Shown here: positions 1 to 11,992 of the stretch, piece after piece
Numbering within the stretch: the first letter of the stretch is position 1
How the letters are laid out: every line of letters begins with the position of its first letter
Assembly (NCBI GenBank): GCA_963777315.1
Contig: CAVZQC010000004.1
Coordinates: forward strand, 576,001-640,000
DNA: 64,000 bases
Direction: 5' to 3'
Source: Vulcanimicrobiota bacterium
GTDB taxonomy: Bacteria > Vulcanimicrobiota > Vulcanimicrobiia > Vulcanimicrobiales > Vulcanimicrobiaceae
Made by a program: the position numbers and the translations under genes
The notes under the pieces: generated by a model
Seen by the model: only the letters and a program-made list of their open reading frames with translations
Told to the model about the DNA's origin: nothing
Database searches by the model: none

Positions 1-2040
1 CATTCACCTTCTTCCTTGAGGCGCTCCAGCGCAAAGGCGCGCGTCGAAGCGGGCACCACGTACCGTTCACCCGCGGCCGTGACTTCCGGCGTCACCAGCG
101 CTTTGTCGACCAGCGACGTCAGCGCAGACGTCGCAGGGCATACGGCAGCGATCGCTTGGGCGCAAGCGCCTCCGGCAAACACGGAAAGCGCGCGCAGCAG
201 CCTCTGCTCCTGCGGCGAAAGCACGTTGTCAGCTCCACTCTACGAACCCGTGCGTCGCTTCGCGTCCCAACGCGTCTCGGTCGGGAAGACGCCTTGCCAG
301 ATCGTCCAGATCGAAGGTATGCAGCTGCGCGGCCGCGAGCTGAATCGCACGCGGCAAACCGTCCAACTGACGGCAAATCTGCGCGACGTTCTCGCCGTCG
401 GCCTTGCGCGAATCGATGCCGACGAGCGCAGCGGCGCACTCCAAAAACAGGGCAGCAGCGTCTTCCTGCGAGAGCGGCGGCAATACGTAGGCCGCTTCGC
501 CCGGAACGAGCAGCGGCTCGCGGCACGTGAGCAGCACGCACACTCCGCGCGGTTGTATGCTCAGCGAACGCAGGTACGCGCCGGCGAACTCTTTCACGCC
601 GTCGCAGTTGTCCAAAACGATCAACAGCTGTTTTGAATGCAGAAAATCGGCGACGATCGTTTCGGGCGTCATCACGGGCGTTTCGGGAACGCCCAAAACC
701 GCGGCGATTCTGCTGCAGAGATACCGCTCGTCCACGATGGTGGAGCAGTCCACGTAAAACACGCCGTCGCGGAAACGCCCCATTTCACGGCGCGCCAGTT
801 CGACGGCTTCGCGCGATTTGCCGATGCCCGCCGGGCCAGCTATCGTCAGCAGGCGCGAACAGCGCAGCAGCTTGCGCAGTTGCTGTAAGTCGTCGCCGCG
901 CCCGAACGTTCGTCCGCGCGTTTCCGGCAGATTGTGCCGGTAGGCCTTGGCCGGATACGCGGGCGGCGCATCGGAGCGGTAATTTTCGCCCGCGACGCGG
1001 TTTCGGCCCGAACGCTTTGCCTGATACAGCGCGACGTCCGCAGCGTTGACCAGCAATTGCGCATCGGTGCCGCGCGCCGGTATTTTGTGTGCGACTCCCG
1101 CGCTGATCGTCAAACGCCCCAGCAGCGATCCGCTGTGCGCGATGCCGAGATCGAATACGGCTTCGCGCATCCGCTCGGCGATCGTCAACGCGCCCCCGAG
1201 CTCCGTGTCGGGCAGCACCGCAACGAATTCCTCGCCTCCGTAACGCGCGAACAGATCCTCGGACCGCGCCAAGCATGCCGAAAGGGCATTGGCGACTTGC
1301 TGAAGCGCTGCATCGCCGGCAACGTGCCCGTAAGTGTCGTTGAACGGCTTGAAAAAATCGATGTCGATCAGCAGCAAGGCAAGGCCGGTTCCGCGGCGCA
1401 CCGCCCGCTGCCATTCGATCGCAAAACGTTGATGAAAGGAGCGGCGGTTGGCCACGCCCGTCAAGCTGTCCGTGGAAGCGATATTTTCCAGCCGGGCGCT
1501 TTGCGTTTCGAGCTGCGCTTGGTGGATGCGCACGCTCAGGTACAGCGCGCAGGTCTGCAGCAGCGCGACGTCTTCTTCGTTGTACGCATTGCTCTGGTTG
1601 CTTTGCACGGACAGAACGCCGATGACGCTCGTGCCGAACTTGAGCGGAACGAAGATCGCGGAGATCCGCTCGTCGTCGTCCGTGCTCCACGGCAGGTTGA
1701 GGGCGATGCGGCCTTCGGTCCAGTCGTCCATCCGCCGCTTGAGGACGGGCAGTCCGGTGCGCAGCACGTTGTCCGTGCTCGAGCCGGGATGGACGCGCCG
1801 TTTTTCCATTCGCGCGACGACGCCGTTCTGCAGCAGAAACGCAAAACGCGCGCCTTCGTTGTCCTTGAGCGCGATGAACACCGAAGACGCATCGACGAAT
1901 CGCGCCAATAGCGAACAGAGCGCGTGGAAGAGGTCTTCCAGCGATAAGCCGCTCGTGAGCAGCTCGGCAGTTCTTTGGACGACTTCCTTGTCGCGGTCCG
2001 CCCGCGATAGGCTCAGCGTTTGCCTGTTCGCGTCGTTCAC
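1..2040 (-). CDS. GAF + GGDEF diguanylate cyclase fused to a STAND/NB-ARC-like ATPase. Frameshifted at ~230 and runs off the window edge.
   Basis: GAF (AIFVPLKFGTSVIGVLSVQS), TDSLTGVANRR, RSED I-site, RYGGEEF, Walker A GPAGIGKS, LIVLDNC and LDGLPRAIQLAA. After WS* the next frame continues NVLSPQEQRLLRALSVFAGG. The GTG start at 2040 is an estimate. Confidence 0.85.
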
Positions 2041-2269
2041 AGGCCCAATCTTCGCGCCGCTAACCTGCTTCCCCGCGAACTTTACCGAAACCGAACCTAG
2101 CTGCAGACCTTGCGCATCGGAAGGACTATTCCCGACGCGCGACTGATGGCCGTAGTGTCGTTGCTCATACTTGAGCTTAGCAAAGGGCTGACGGCTTACT
2201 CGTGGGCGCCTGCGGGCGAACTGACCAAGCCGCCGGGCCGTTACGGCCGGCACGAAAGGCAGGTTCTCA

Positions 2270-2761
2270 GTGAAAAAACTCGTGGCTCCGTTGATTCTAG
2301 CCGCCGCTTTAGCTGCACCAGCCGGCGCGCAGCCGAACACAGGCATGCAGGCCATGCAGTATTACGTCGGCACGTGGACTTGCGTGGCCGGCGTCGTCGG
2401 ACGTCCAACGGTGAAAGGTACGCAAACGTTTGCCCTCGACTCGGGCGTCATGCGCTCGTGGGTCTCCGTCCCGGCCCAAGGAAAGATGAAGCCTTTCGCG
2501 TTCAGCAATGCAACGACGTACGATGCGAAGAATCGTCGCTATGTCCAAACTTCTCTCGACAACGACGCCAGCTGGAGCGTCTCGTTTGCCAAGCCGTGGA
2601 CCGGCAACACCGAACAATGGACCGATCACGCTTCCGACAGCGGCAAGCTCACCCGCGGTCAAAACGTCCGCAACAATAGGAATACCTATACATTTTTCGG
2701 ATATCCGACGCTGACTGCAACGAAACCGTACTTTAAGGCGACGTGCAAACGCTCGTCCTAG
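2270..2761 (+). CDS. Secreted hypothetical protein, predicted beta-rich
   Basis: Signal peptide MKKLVAPLILAAALAAPAGA followed by YYVGTWTC. Confidence 0.75.
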   Translation: MKKLVAPLILAAALAAPAGAQPNTGMQAMQYYVGTWTCVAGVVGRPTVKGTQTFALDSGVMRSWVSVPAQGKMKPFAFSNATTYDAKNRRYVQTSLDNDASWSVSFAKPWTGNTEQWTDHASDSGKLTRGQNVRNNRNTYTFFGYPTLTATKPYFKATCKRSS

Positions 2762-2780
2762 AGTGTCACGAAAAAAAGTC

Positions 2781-2852
<72 letters not shown>

Positions 2853-2859
2853 GAACACG

Positions 2860-2932
2860 TGCGCCCCCCGGGACTCGAACCCGGGACCAACGGATTAAAA
2901 GTCCGCTGCTCTACCGACTGAGCTAGAGGCGC
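2860..2932 (-). tRNA. tRNA-Lys(TTT)
   Basis: Anticodon loop CTTTTAA, T-loop TTCGAGT. Confidence 0.95.
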
Positions 2933-3010
2933 ATCCCGGTGGCCTAGCCCGCTATACCCACTTTGACAACCGCCGGCGAGTTCTTGTTTCAGCCCATGCG
3001 CAACGGAATG

Positions 3011-3085
3011 GGTGGCTGAGGGGCTACAATCCCCCGACCTCTAGAGTCACAGTCTAGCGCTCTAACCAGCTGAGCTACAGCCACC
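3011..3085 (-). tRNA. tRNA-His(GTG) with atypical T-loop
   Basis: G-1:C73 pair, anticodon arm CTAGA-CTGTGAC-TCTAG, T-loop ATTGTAG. Confidence 0.9.
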
Positions 3086-3114
3086 ACGCGCGTTGCGGTT
3101 CGCTTCCGGACATG

Positions 3115-3187
<73 letters not shown>

Positions 3188-3239
3188 GCACCCCGCTAGG
3201 ATACCATGGCTGCGCCAGAGAGCCCGGAGAAGGGGAACG

Positions 3240-3313
3240 TCGGGGCGACTGGACTCGAACCAGCGACCTCTGCGTCCCAAACGCAGCGCTCTACCAAGCT
3301 GAGCTACGCCCCG
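3240..3313 (-). tRNA. tRNA-Pro(TGG)
   Basis: CGGGGCG acceptor, anticodon arm CTGCG-TTTGGGA-CGCAG. Confidence 0.95.
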
Positions 3314-3325
3314 TCGGCGCGTTGT

Positions 3326-4186
3326 TTAGAACAGCAATCCGTGGAACCCTACGTACCGCGAAAGATCCAGCATGCCGGCATCGCTTGCGAACATGCCGAG
3401 CGTTTCGATCTTCAGTTGGGCGCGCAGGGCAGCGCGCATGACGCGAACGTTCGTCGCCGGCACCAGTGCCGTGCACCAGGTCGCCTCGAACGTGCGGGCC
3501 AGCGTCGCCAGCGCAAACGCAAAGAACTGAACGACGTAGGTTTGCGAAGCGGCAGCGAGCGGACCGATTCGGCCGCTGGGCCAGGCGTACGCGTATCCGG
3601 CAAGTTCCTCGTCGCGGCGAAAGATTACGCCGCGTCCGTTTTCACAAAAATAAGCATGATCCAGCGGCCGTGCCGATCCGCGCACTTCGCGATCGAGTCC
3701 GGCCAGCGCCGCGCGATGGCGCAGCGGTTCGATCGGCTCGGTGATGAACCGGTATTCGCCTGCGGCCATGCGCGCGAGTTCGTTTTCGTGCGGAATCGTT
3801 CCGGCGATCTGAGCGACCGGCGTCTGCACGGGAACGCTTCGCTGCAGATAAAACGCAACGCTTCCCAGTTCGCCGGATTGCAGCAGTCCGGTGCGCGAAA
3901 CGTCTCCGGCATCCTTGGCCACCTCCTCGAGCAGCCTGCCGCCGATGCCTTGCGCGCGAAACGACGGTTCGACGTACAGCTCGCTGAGAAACCATTCGTC
4001 TTCGAGCGCATGCGCAAAGCCGATGCCGATCGGCGTGCCCGAATCTTTCGCGACGTATGCACCGCGCGGGGCAGTCTGCGCGAGATCGACGTACAGTTTT
4101 CGCGCGTGTTCGTCGCGGCAGCGGGTGCGCGCGAAATGCGCAATGTCGTCCGTCGTTGCGGCAGCGATGAGCTGCGCATCACCCAC
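3326..4186 (-). CDS. GNAT family acetyltransferase
   Basis: LSELYVEPSFRAQGIGGRLL acetyl-CoA motif. Confidence 0.8.
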   Translation of the reverse strand: MGDAQLIAAATTDDIAHFARTRCRDEHARKLYVDLAQTAPRGAYVAKDSGTPIGIGFAHALEDEWFLSELYVEPSFRAQGIGGRLLEEVAKDAGDVSRTGLLQSGELGSVAFYLQRSVPVQTPVAQIAGTIPHENELARMAAGEYRFITEPIEPLRHRAALAGLDREVRGSARPLDHAYFCENGRGVIFRRDEELAGYAYAWPSGRIGPLAAASQTYVVQFFAFALATLARTFEATWCTALVPATNVRVMRAALRAQLKIETLGMFASDAGMLDLSRYVGFHGLLF

Positions 4187-4787
4187 GAACTGCGGGGTGC
4201 TCGCGCAGCGAAGAGAGCAGCGAGTCTGCGGCGCGGCGCCGGTGGCTCACCCCGTTTTTCTCCGAATCGTCGAGCTGCGCGAACGTCTTGCCGGCCGGCG
4301 GATACCAAAACAGCGGATCGTAGCCGAAGCCGAGGCTTCCCGACTCCTCGCCCGAAACGACGCCTTCAACCTCGCCGTAGCCGGCCAACGATTCGCCCGT
4401 TTCCAATATGAGGACCATTGCGCAGCAAAACTTGGCGGCGCGTTGGTCCGGCGGCACGTTCGCAAGCTCTTCCAGCAGTTTTTCACGCCGAACGGGCCAC
4501 GTGGCGTCCTCGCCGGCATAACGCGCGGAACGCACGCCCGGGCGTCCCCCCAGCGCGGACACCTCCAATCCCGAATCGTCGGCGAGTACGGCGCCGTGGA
4601 CGGCGGCCTCGCGCAGCTGCTGGTGCAGCGCTTGTGCTTTGGATTGCGCGTTGCCCGCGTACGTGTCGGCAGGCTCGGGCGCCTGCGCGTACAGCGGATA
4701 CGTGTCCAGCTCCAGCGGCGAACCGGCGAATATTTCCTTCAGCTCGCTCAGTTTGCCCAGGTTCTTGGTCGCAACGTACGTTTTCAC
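4179..4787 (-). CDS. rdgB: Non-canonical purine NTP pyrophosphatase (RdgB/HAM1)
   Basis: ATKNLGK, ADDSGL, PGVRSARY, GFGYDP and SHR motifs. Confidence 0.93.
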   Translation of the reverse strand: MKTYVATKNLGKLSELKEIFAGSPLELDTYPLYAQAPEPADTYAGNAQSKAQALHQQLREAAVHGAVLADDSGLEVSALGGRPGVRSARYAGEDATWPVRREKLLEELANVPPDQRAAKFCCAMVLILETGESLAGYGEVEGVVSGEESGSLGFGYDPLFWYPPAGKTFAQLDDSEKNGVSHRRRAADSLLSSLREHPAVRG

Positions 4788-4789
4788 GA

Positions 4790-6613
<1,824 letters not shown>

Positions 6614-6895
6614 TTAAAAGAGTATGCAGCGGGCGGCGAGCGGCGCGATGACCATGGCGCGAATGACCCACAGGATCGCCAGCACGATCAAAAACGACCA
6701 GTCGATTCCCATTGCGGGCGGAACGATGCGCCGCACCGGCGCGAGCACCGGCTCGACGATCATCTCCAGATACCGGCTCCATCGCCCGCGCAAATCCGGC
6801 ACCCAAGACAAGACGGCGTACACGAACATGATGATCGTGTACAGCCAGATCACCTTGTCGACGGCCGAGAGAAATTGACACAACGCAGCGCTCAC
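6614..6895 (-). CDS. YggT family membrane protein
   Basis: VLSWVP...EPVLAPVRRIVPP...IDWS. Confidence 0.85.
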   Translation of the reverse strand: MSAALCQFLSAVDKVIWLYTIIMFVYAVLSWVPDLRGRWSRYLEMIVEPVLAPVRRIVPPAMGIDWSFLIVLAILWVIRAMVIAPLAARCILF

Positions 6896-6907
6896 GCGCT
6901 TACCGTT

Positions 6908-7795
6908 CTATGGCAGGGCCGCTAAAACTTTTGCGGGTACGCCGTCCAGATATGGCTGCGGATCCACGGCGCTGCCGTTGAGCATGACTTGGTAATGCAG
7001 GTGCGGACCGGTCGAAAAACCCGTCGAACCCACGAGCCCGATCTCTTGACCTTTGTGAACGAGCTGTCCGGGCTGCACTTCGGCCTTCGAGAGGTGCGCG
7101 TACCACGTATGATAACCGTTGCCGTGATCGATGTCGATTTTCAAACCGTATCCGCCGTCCCAATCGGCAGCGGCCACCCGTCCGGCCGCAGCGGCATGTA
7201 CCGGATCGCCATAGTTCGCGCCGAGATCGACGCCGGGATGAAATTCGCTGTCGGGCGACGAGCGATAGCAAAAGCAGCCGATCACCGGCGCGCCGCGAAC
7301 GGGATCGATCGAGGGAATGGCGGCCAATGCTTGCGCACGCGCCAACTCTTGAATGTGCCGCACGTTGAGCACGTGCATGGTCAGGCGGCGCAGCACGTTC
7401 GATTCCGCTGCCGTTTGATTCGTCGCGACCTGCAGCGCGCTGATGCCGTGGCGAACGTCGGAAGTCTTCTGGACCGGCGCGCGAACGCCGATCAACTGTT
7501 GAATCTGCTGGTTTTGCCGCTGCACGCGCTGGAGCTGCGCGCGAATTCCCGAAGTCGTGCGGCCGATTCGCTGCAGTTCGGCGCGCTGGCGGGAGTCTAC
7601 GGACTGCAGGCGGCTTACCTGTCCGTGAGCGCGTTCGAGTTGCGCCGCACCTACTGCTACGCACGCGCCCAGGAGCGTGGCGAACAGCAGTACGGCGCCG
7701 ACGATGTGCCGGCGGGTCAGTTCGAAGCGGTGGACGACCTTGCCGTGGTGCGGCACGATCTTGATAACGTAGCGATCTGTCAGCCTAATCATCAC
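6908..7795 (-). CDS. M23 family peptidase with TM segment and coiled coil
   Basis: HPGVD, YAHLS and STGPHLHY motifs. Confidence 0.9.
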   Translation of the reverse strand: MMIRLTDRYVIKIVPHHGKVVHRFELTRRHIVGAVLLFATLLGACVAVGAAQLERAHGQVSRLQSVDSRQRAELQRIGRTTSGIRAQLQRVQRQNQQIQQLIGVRAPVQKTSDVRHGISALQVATNQTAAESNVLRRLTMHVLNVRHIQELARAQALAAIPSIDPVRGAPVIGCFCYRSSPDSEFHPGVDLGANYGDPVHAAAAGRVAAADWDGGYGLKIDIDHGNGYHTWYAHLSKAEVQPGQLVHKGQEIGLVGSTGFSTGPHLHYQVMLNGSAVDPQPYLDGVPAKVLAALP

Positions 7796-7907
7796 TCATA
7801 GCAGGCCGGTTGTTCGGCCTCTCGCTTTAGCGGTTGGGCAGGCGCGTCGAATTCGCGTAAAGGCGTACGCGCCCTTTTCGGTCTGCGGGCAAGCAGCGAC
7901 GGATAAG

Positions 7908-8026
7908 ACCACGACGAGGACCAGGTAGTGCCCGGCACCCGTGAGGATTCGCTTACCGTTGCTTCCTTCCGGACCTGGCGGGGTTCACGAGGTCACGCCG
8001 CGAGCAGCCCGACCCCCGTCATGGCC
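7908..8026 (-). ncRNA. ffs: SRP RNA (small bacterial 4.5S type)
   Basis: Domain IV motif GCCAGGTCCGGAAGGAAGCAACGG, closing stem GCCATGACGGGGGTCGGG / CCTGGTCCTCGTCGTGGT, upstream TATCAT -10. Confidence 0.92.
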
Positions 8027-8101
8027 GCAAGCATGATACCACGCGACAAAGGAGGCCGCCAGTACGTTTTCCAACAGCAGCAATCCCTTGCGGAGGTATT
8101 C

Positions 8102-10174
8102 GTGATCCGTTTTCGTGCTGTTCTCATGGCCGTCGCGTTCACCTGTGCATGGGCTGCCGCCCGCCCGGCTGCGCAGGCGCAATCGAACGCTCCGATGCCT
8201 GCCGTCAATTGGAACCTGAGCGCGCAGCAAATTCAAAGCTCGTGCGACGCCGCGATCGCCCGCGCGCTGGGCCGCGAGCGCGCGCTCGTAACGAACGCAG
8301 GCGTCAAGACCTTCGGTTCCGTCGTCCGCCCGCTCGAAGATCTCACCGCCGATTTGAACGACCTGACCGTCGCCCAAACGTTTCTGTTTTACGTCGCGGC
8401 GACCAAAGACGTGCGCGACGCTTCCCTGAAATGCAACAGCGACGAATCGGCGTTCTATACCGATCTGTCGGCCAGCCCCGCCCTGTACGCGCAAGTAGCG
8501 AAAGCTTCGCGCAGCCGGACCGCGCGTAACGTGTACGACCGCAAACTGACGGACCTGTGGCTTGACACGTTCCGCCGCAGCGGCGCAGGTTTACCCTCCG
8601 CCCGGCGAGTGCAATTCGTCAAATTGAGCAAGCAGCTCACGGATTTGCAAAACGCGTATCAAGCCAATCTGGGCAACGACGCAACGACGATATCGATAAC
8701 GCCTGCCCAAGCCGCATCGCTGCCGGCCGATTTCGTCGCAGGACTCAAACGCAGCGGTTCCGATTACACGGTGCCCGTCAACGAAAGCACGGCCAGTCTG
8801 TTTCTGGACAACGAGCGAGACGGTACGGCGCGCAAAGTCTACTACGTTGCCTACCAGAACCGCCAGGCGGCTGCGAACACCGATCTGCTCGAGCAGGCCA
8901 TTGCGGTGCGCGATCATCTCGCGCATCTGCTCGGCTACCAGACTTGGGCCGCATACCAGCTCTCGGACCGGATGGCAAAGACGCCGCAGCGCGTGCTGTC
9001 GTTTTTGAACGACCTGGATGCCAATCTGCTGCCCAAGGCACGCGAAGACGTCGCCCGTCTCACCGCGATCAAAGCCAAAGACACCGGCGATTCGGCCGCC
9101 GTGCTGCAGCCCTGGGATTTTGCGTACTACGACAACGAGCTTCGCAAAACGCAATACGCCGTCGATCAGAACCAAGTGCGGCAGTATTTCCCCGTGCAGC
9201 ACACGATCGATGCGGTTCTCAACGTCTACCATACGTTGCTGAGCGTGGATTTCAAACCGGTCGTTCCGGCCGACGCCTGGAACCCGCAAGTGCTCGAATA
9301 TTCGGTGAGCGATTCGCGCACCGGCCGGTTCATCGGCCTGACGTATTTCGATCTCTATCCGCGTCCCGGTAAATACGATCACTTCGCGAATTTTCCGATC
9401 CTGCCCGTGCGCAGGCTTGCCGATGGGACGCTGCGTGCTCCCATGGCCGCAATCGTGGGAAATTGGCCCAAGCCCTCGCCGGGAAATCCTGCGCTGCTCA
9501 GCCACGACGACGTCGTCACGTTTTTCCACGAGTTCGGGCACGACATGGCCGCGCTGCTGGGCACCGCGCCGTACGAAACGCTTTCCAGCGGCTTCGTGCA
9601 AGATTTCGTGGAAGCGCCTTCCCAGATGCTCGAAAATTTCGTGTGGCAGCCGTCGATCCTCAAGCAAATCAGTTCCAACTGGAAAACGGGCGCGCCGCTG
9701 CCCGACGATCTGATCGACGCGATGGTACGCGCGCGATACGTTGACCAAGCGTATGAAACGACGCAGCAGATCAAAGACGCCGAAATCGACATGAAGTATC
9801 ACATGAGCGGTCCGCACGTCGACACGACCGCGGTGTGGGCGGCTCTCTCACGCGAGCTGACTCCCATGTCCGCCGTTGCCGGAACGCACCCGCAAGCCAG
9901 CTTCGGGCACCTGATGGGCGGTTACGATGCCGGCTATTATGGATATCTGTGGTCGCTGGTATACGCGCAGGATCTCTTCACCGCATTCAAGAGCGGCGGC
10001 CTGGAGAATCCGCAGGTCGGCATGCGTTACCGGCGCGACATCCTCGAGCCCGCTCGAACGTACGATCCGGACGTGGAGGTGCAGCGCTTCTTAGGCCGTG
10101 CAATGAGCCCGAATGCGTTCTACGAGCAGTTCGGAATCACGCCCAAACCCCAGTCGTCGGGCACGCGGCCGTGA
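8102..10174 (+). CDS. Secreted M3 family oligopeptidase
   Basis: FFHEFGH, DFVEAPSQMLE and GGYDAGYYGYLW motifs, signal peptide, GGAGG before the GTG start. Confidence 0.92.
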   Translation: MIRFRAVLMAVAFTCAWAAARPAAQAQSNAPMPAVNWNLSAQQIQSSCDAAIARALGRERALVTNAGVKTFGSVVRPLEDLTADLNDLTVAQTFLFYVAATKDVRDASLKCNSDESAFYTDLSASPALYAQVAKASRSRTARNVYDRKLTDLWLDTFRRSGAGLPSARRVQFVKLSKQLTDLQNAYQANLGNDATTISITPAQAASLPADFVAGLKRSGSDYTVPVNESTASLFLDNERDGTARKVYYVAYQNRQAAANTDLLEQAIAVRDHLAHLLGYQTWAAYQLSDRMAKTPQRVLSFLNDLDANLLPKAREDVARLTAIKAKDTGDSAAVLQPWDFAYYDNELRKTQYAVDQNQVRQYFPVQHTIDAVLNVYHTLLSVDFKPVVPADAWNPQVLEYSVSDSRTGRFIGLTYFDLYPRPGKYDHFANFPILPVRRLADGTLRAPMAAIVGNWPKPSPGNPALLSHDDVVTFFHEFGHDMAALLGTAPYETLSSGFVQDFVEAPSQMLENFVWQPSILKQISSNWKTGAPLPDDLIDAMVRARYVDQAYETTQQIKDAEIDMKYHMSGPHVDTTAVWAALSRELTPMSAVAGTHPQASFGHLMGGYDAGYYGYLWSLVYAQDLFTAFKSGGLENPQVGMRYRRDILEPARTYDPDVEVQRFLGRAMSPNAFYEQFGITPKPQSSGTRP

Positions 10175-10641
10175 TTGGCACCGCTGCGTTCGTGCTGGCG
10201 TCGGCGACGTTCAAACCCGGCGCGCGCATGCCGCAGTCAACAGTGTACGCGCGCTGCGGCGGATCGAACGTTTCCCCGCAGCTGCGCTGGCGCGGCGTAC
10301 CGGCGGGTACGCGCAGCTTCGCCCTCATCGTGCACGATCCCGACGCGCCCGCGCCGGGCGGGTGGTACCATTGGGTCGCCTACAACGTTCCGGCTTCGAC
10401 TCGCGAGTTGCCCGCGGGCGTCACACTGAACGCGGAAGAATTGGGACGAACGTCGTTCGACGAAAATCGATACGGCGGCCCGTGTCCGCCACCGGGAAAG
10501 CCGCACCGGTACGTATTCACGCTCTACGCGCTCGACGTTGCGCGCGTGCGAGGCGAGGATTTGAGCGGACCACAGCTGCAGGCTGCAATCGCGCGTCACA
10601 CGCTCGCCCGCGCACGCCTGATCGGATTGTACGGCCGCTGA
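10171..10641 (+). CDS. YbhB/YbcL (PEBP) family protein
   Basis: DPDAP, HW, YGGPCPP and HRY motifs. Confidence 0.9.
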   Translation: MIGTAAFVLASATFKPGARMPQSTVYARCGGSNVSPQLRWRGVPAGTRSFALIVHDPDAPAPGGWYHWVAYNVPASTRELPAGVTLNAEELGRTSFDENRYGGPCPPPGKPHRYVFTLYALDVARVRGEDLSGPQLQAAIARHTLARARLIGLYGR

Positions 10642-10644
10642 ACG

Positions 10645-11676
10645 CTACTGCGCCTGTGTAAAATCGGACGGTACGCTGAAAAGCGCGTCGGCCTGCGATT
10701 TCGTGAGCCAGTTGACGTTCCCGCGCTGCGTGACGGTCTGGAAACGTCCCGAATTCTCGCCAGACATCATCGCCATGCTGTCATACAGTTCGAGCCGGTC
10801 TCCCGTACGCATCCAGTACGCCCCCGTTGCACCGCCTTTGATCGCCGGCTTACAGCCGCCGTGTACGACTGCCTCCACCGGCGTTGAGGCGGCAACGGTC
10901 GTTTTCGGCATCGGGCAGTAACGCCGCGGCACGCGAAGGTTCGAAACGTAACGCGTGCTCTGCACTTCGAATGAGCCGTTTTTGCACGAGCCGGTCGCAT
11001 TGGTCATCGACATTTTGGTCGTGTCGACCGAACCGGTCGTGGGGACGCCCTGAATGTTGAGGCCACCAAGACCCTTAGCCGTCGAGGCAATCGACAGGTC
11101 GACCGTGCCCGGCGCTTCGTTGATTTCCTGACGCTGATTGGCAGCCGGCATTGCGGGCGTGGGGCACGCCTGAGGTTTGCCTTGCGTGTCGACCGTTTTG
11201 TACGTCTTGTGCGCCAGGTCGAGCTGAATGAGCTGATGCTCGCGGCATTTGTCGATCGTCGCCGTCTTGTTCACGGGATCGTCCGTGCGAACCCAGCCGT
11301 TGTAGTACGCAAGGCGGGTGAGATGCCCGTTCTTCATCAGCGTCTGCACTTGGTTCGCTGCTTGCTGAACCTGCTGGCCCATGTTGGAGATGTTGCTCAT
11401 CAGACCGGCGAGGCCGCCGTGATGCTTGGCGGGTTCGGCCGAGGGCTGAGCTTGGGCATCCGCCATGACTTGCGCGTAGGCATCCGCAAAGCTGCCGGGT
11501 GGAGGCGGCGTCGCAGGGGCAAGGACCATCCGGACGATTTCGTCGTATTGCAGACCGGCGTATTTCGAGGCCGGCGCAGGCTTGTGCTTGGAAGGGGACG
11601 CGGCCGTGACGGGCAGCACCGCCAGCGCCAAACCGCAAATGCAGAGCGCCGCGCACAGAAGGGAACGATTGTGCAT
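10645..11676 (-). CDS. Secreted hypothetical protein
   Basis: Signal peptide, AGGAGG RBS, C-terminal LFSVPSDF typical of LolA-like/DUF4412 proteins. Confidence 0.75.
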   Translation of the reverse strand: MHNRSLLCAALCICGLALAVLPVTAASPSKHKPAPASKYAGLQYDEIVRMVLAPATPPPPGSFADAYAQVMADAQAQPSAEPAKHHGGLAGLMSNISNMGQQVQQAANQVQTLMKNGHLTRLAYYNGWVRTDDPVNKTATIDKCREHQLIQLDLAHKTYKTVDTQGKPQACPTPAMPAANQRQEINEAPGTVDLSIASTAKGLGGLNIQGVPTTGSVDTTKMSMTNATGSCKNGSFEVQSTRYVSNLRVPRRYCPMPKTTVAASTPVEAVVHGGCKPAIKGGATGAYWMRTGDRLELYDSMAMMSGENSGRFQTVTQRGNVNWLTKSQADALFSVPSDFTQAQ

Positions 11677-11759
11677 GTGTCCTCCTTAAAAAGGATGGGT
11701 TACATCCTGCGGCCCTTTTGCCGGGGGAGTGCCGATGCCTCGTCAAAAGCCTCTACTCG

Positions 11760-11987
11760 ATGAATACCGACGAGGTCCGAATCAAAGTGCGCGAAAGCGG
11801 TCCGTATTTGGTCACGGGCACCGTAACGCTTACCGACTGCGATGGTCGCCCCTATACCGTTACCGGGCAAAACATCGCCCTATGCCGCTGCGGCGGATCC
11901 GCTACGAAGCCGTTTTGCGACGCAAGCCACAAAAGCAACGGTTTTTGCGCCGTGGAACGCGCCTTGCCCGACAACAGCCTGGAGTAA
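11760..11987 (+). CDS. CDGSH iron-sulfur domain protein
   Basis: GPY...LCRCGGSATKPFCDASH. Confidence 0.9.
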   Translation: MNTDEVRIKVRESGPYLVTGTVTLTDCDGRPYTVTGQNIALCRCGGSATKPFCDASHKSNGFCAVERALPDNSLE

Positions 11988-11992
11988 ACGCA

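Noticed and set aside
229..231. TGA read as selenocysteine or readthrough
   Set aside because: Homology continues in a different frame, so this is an indel
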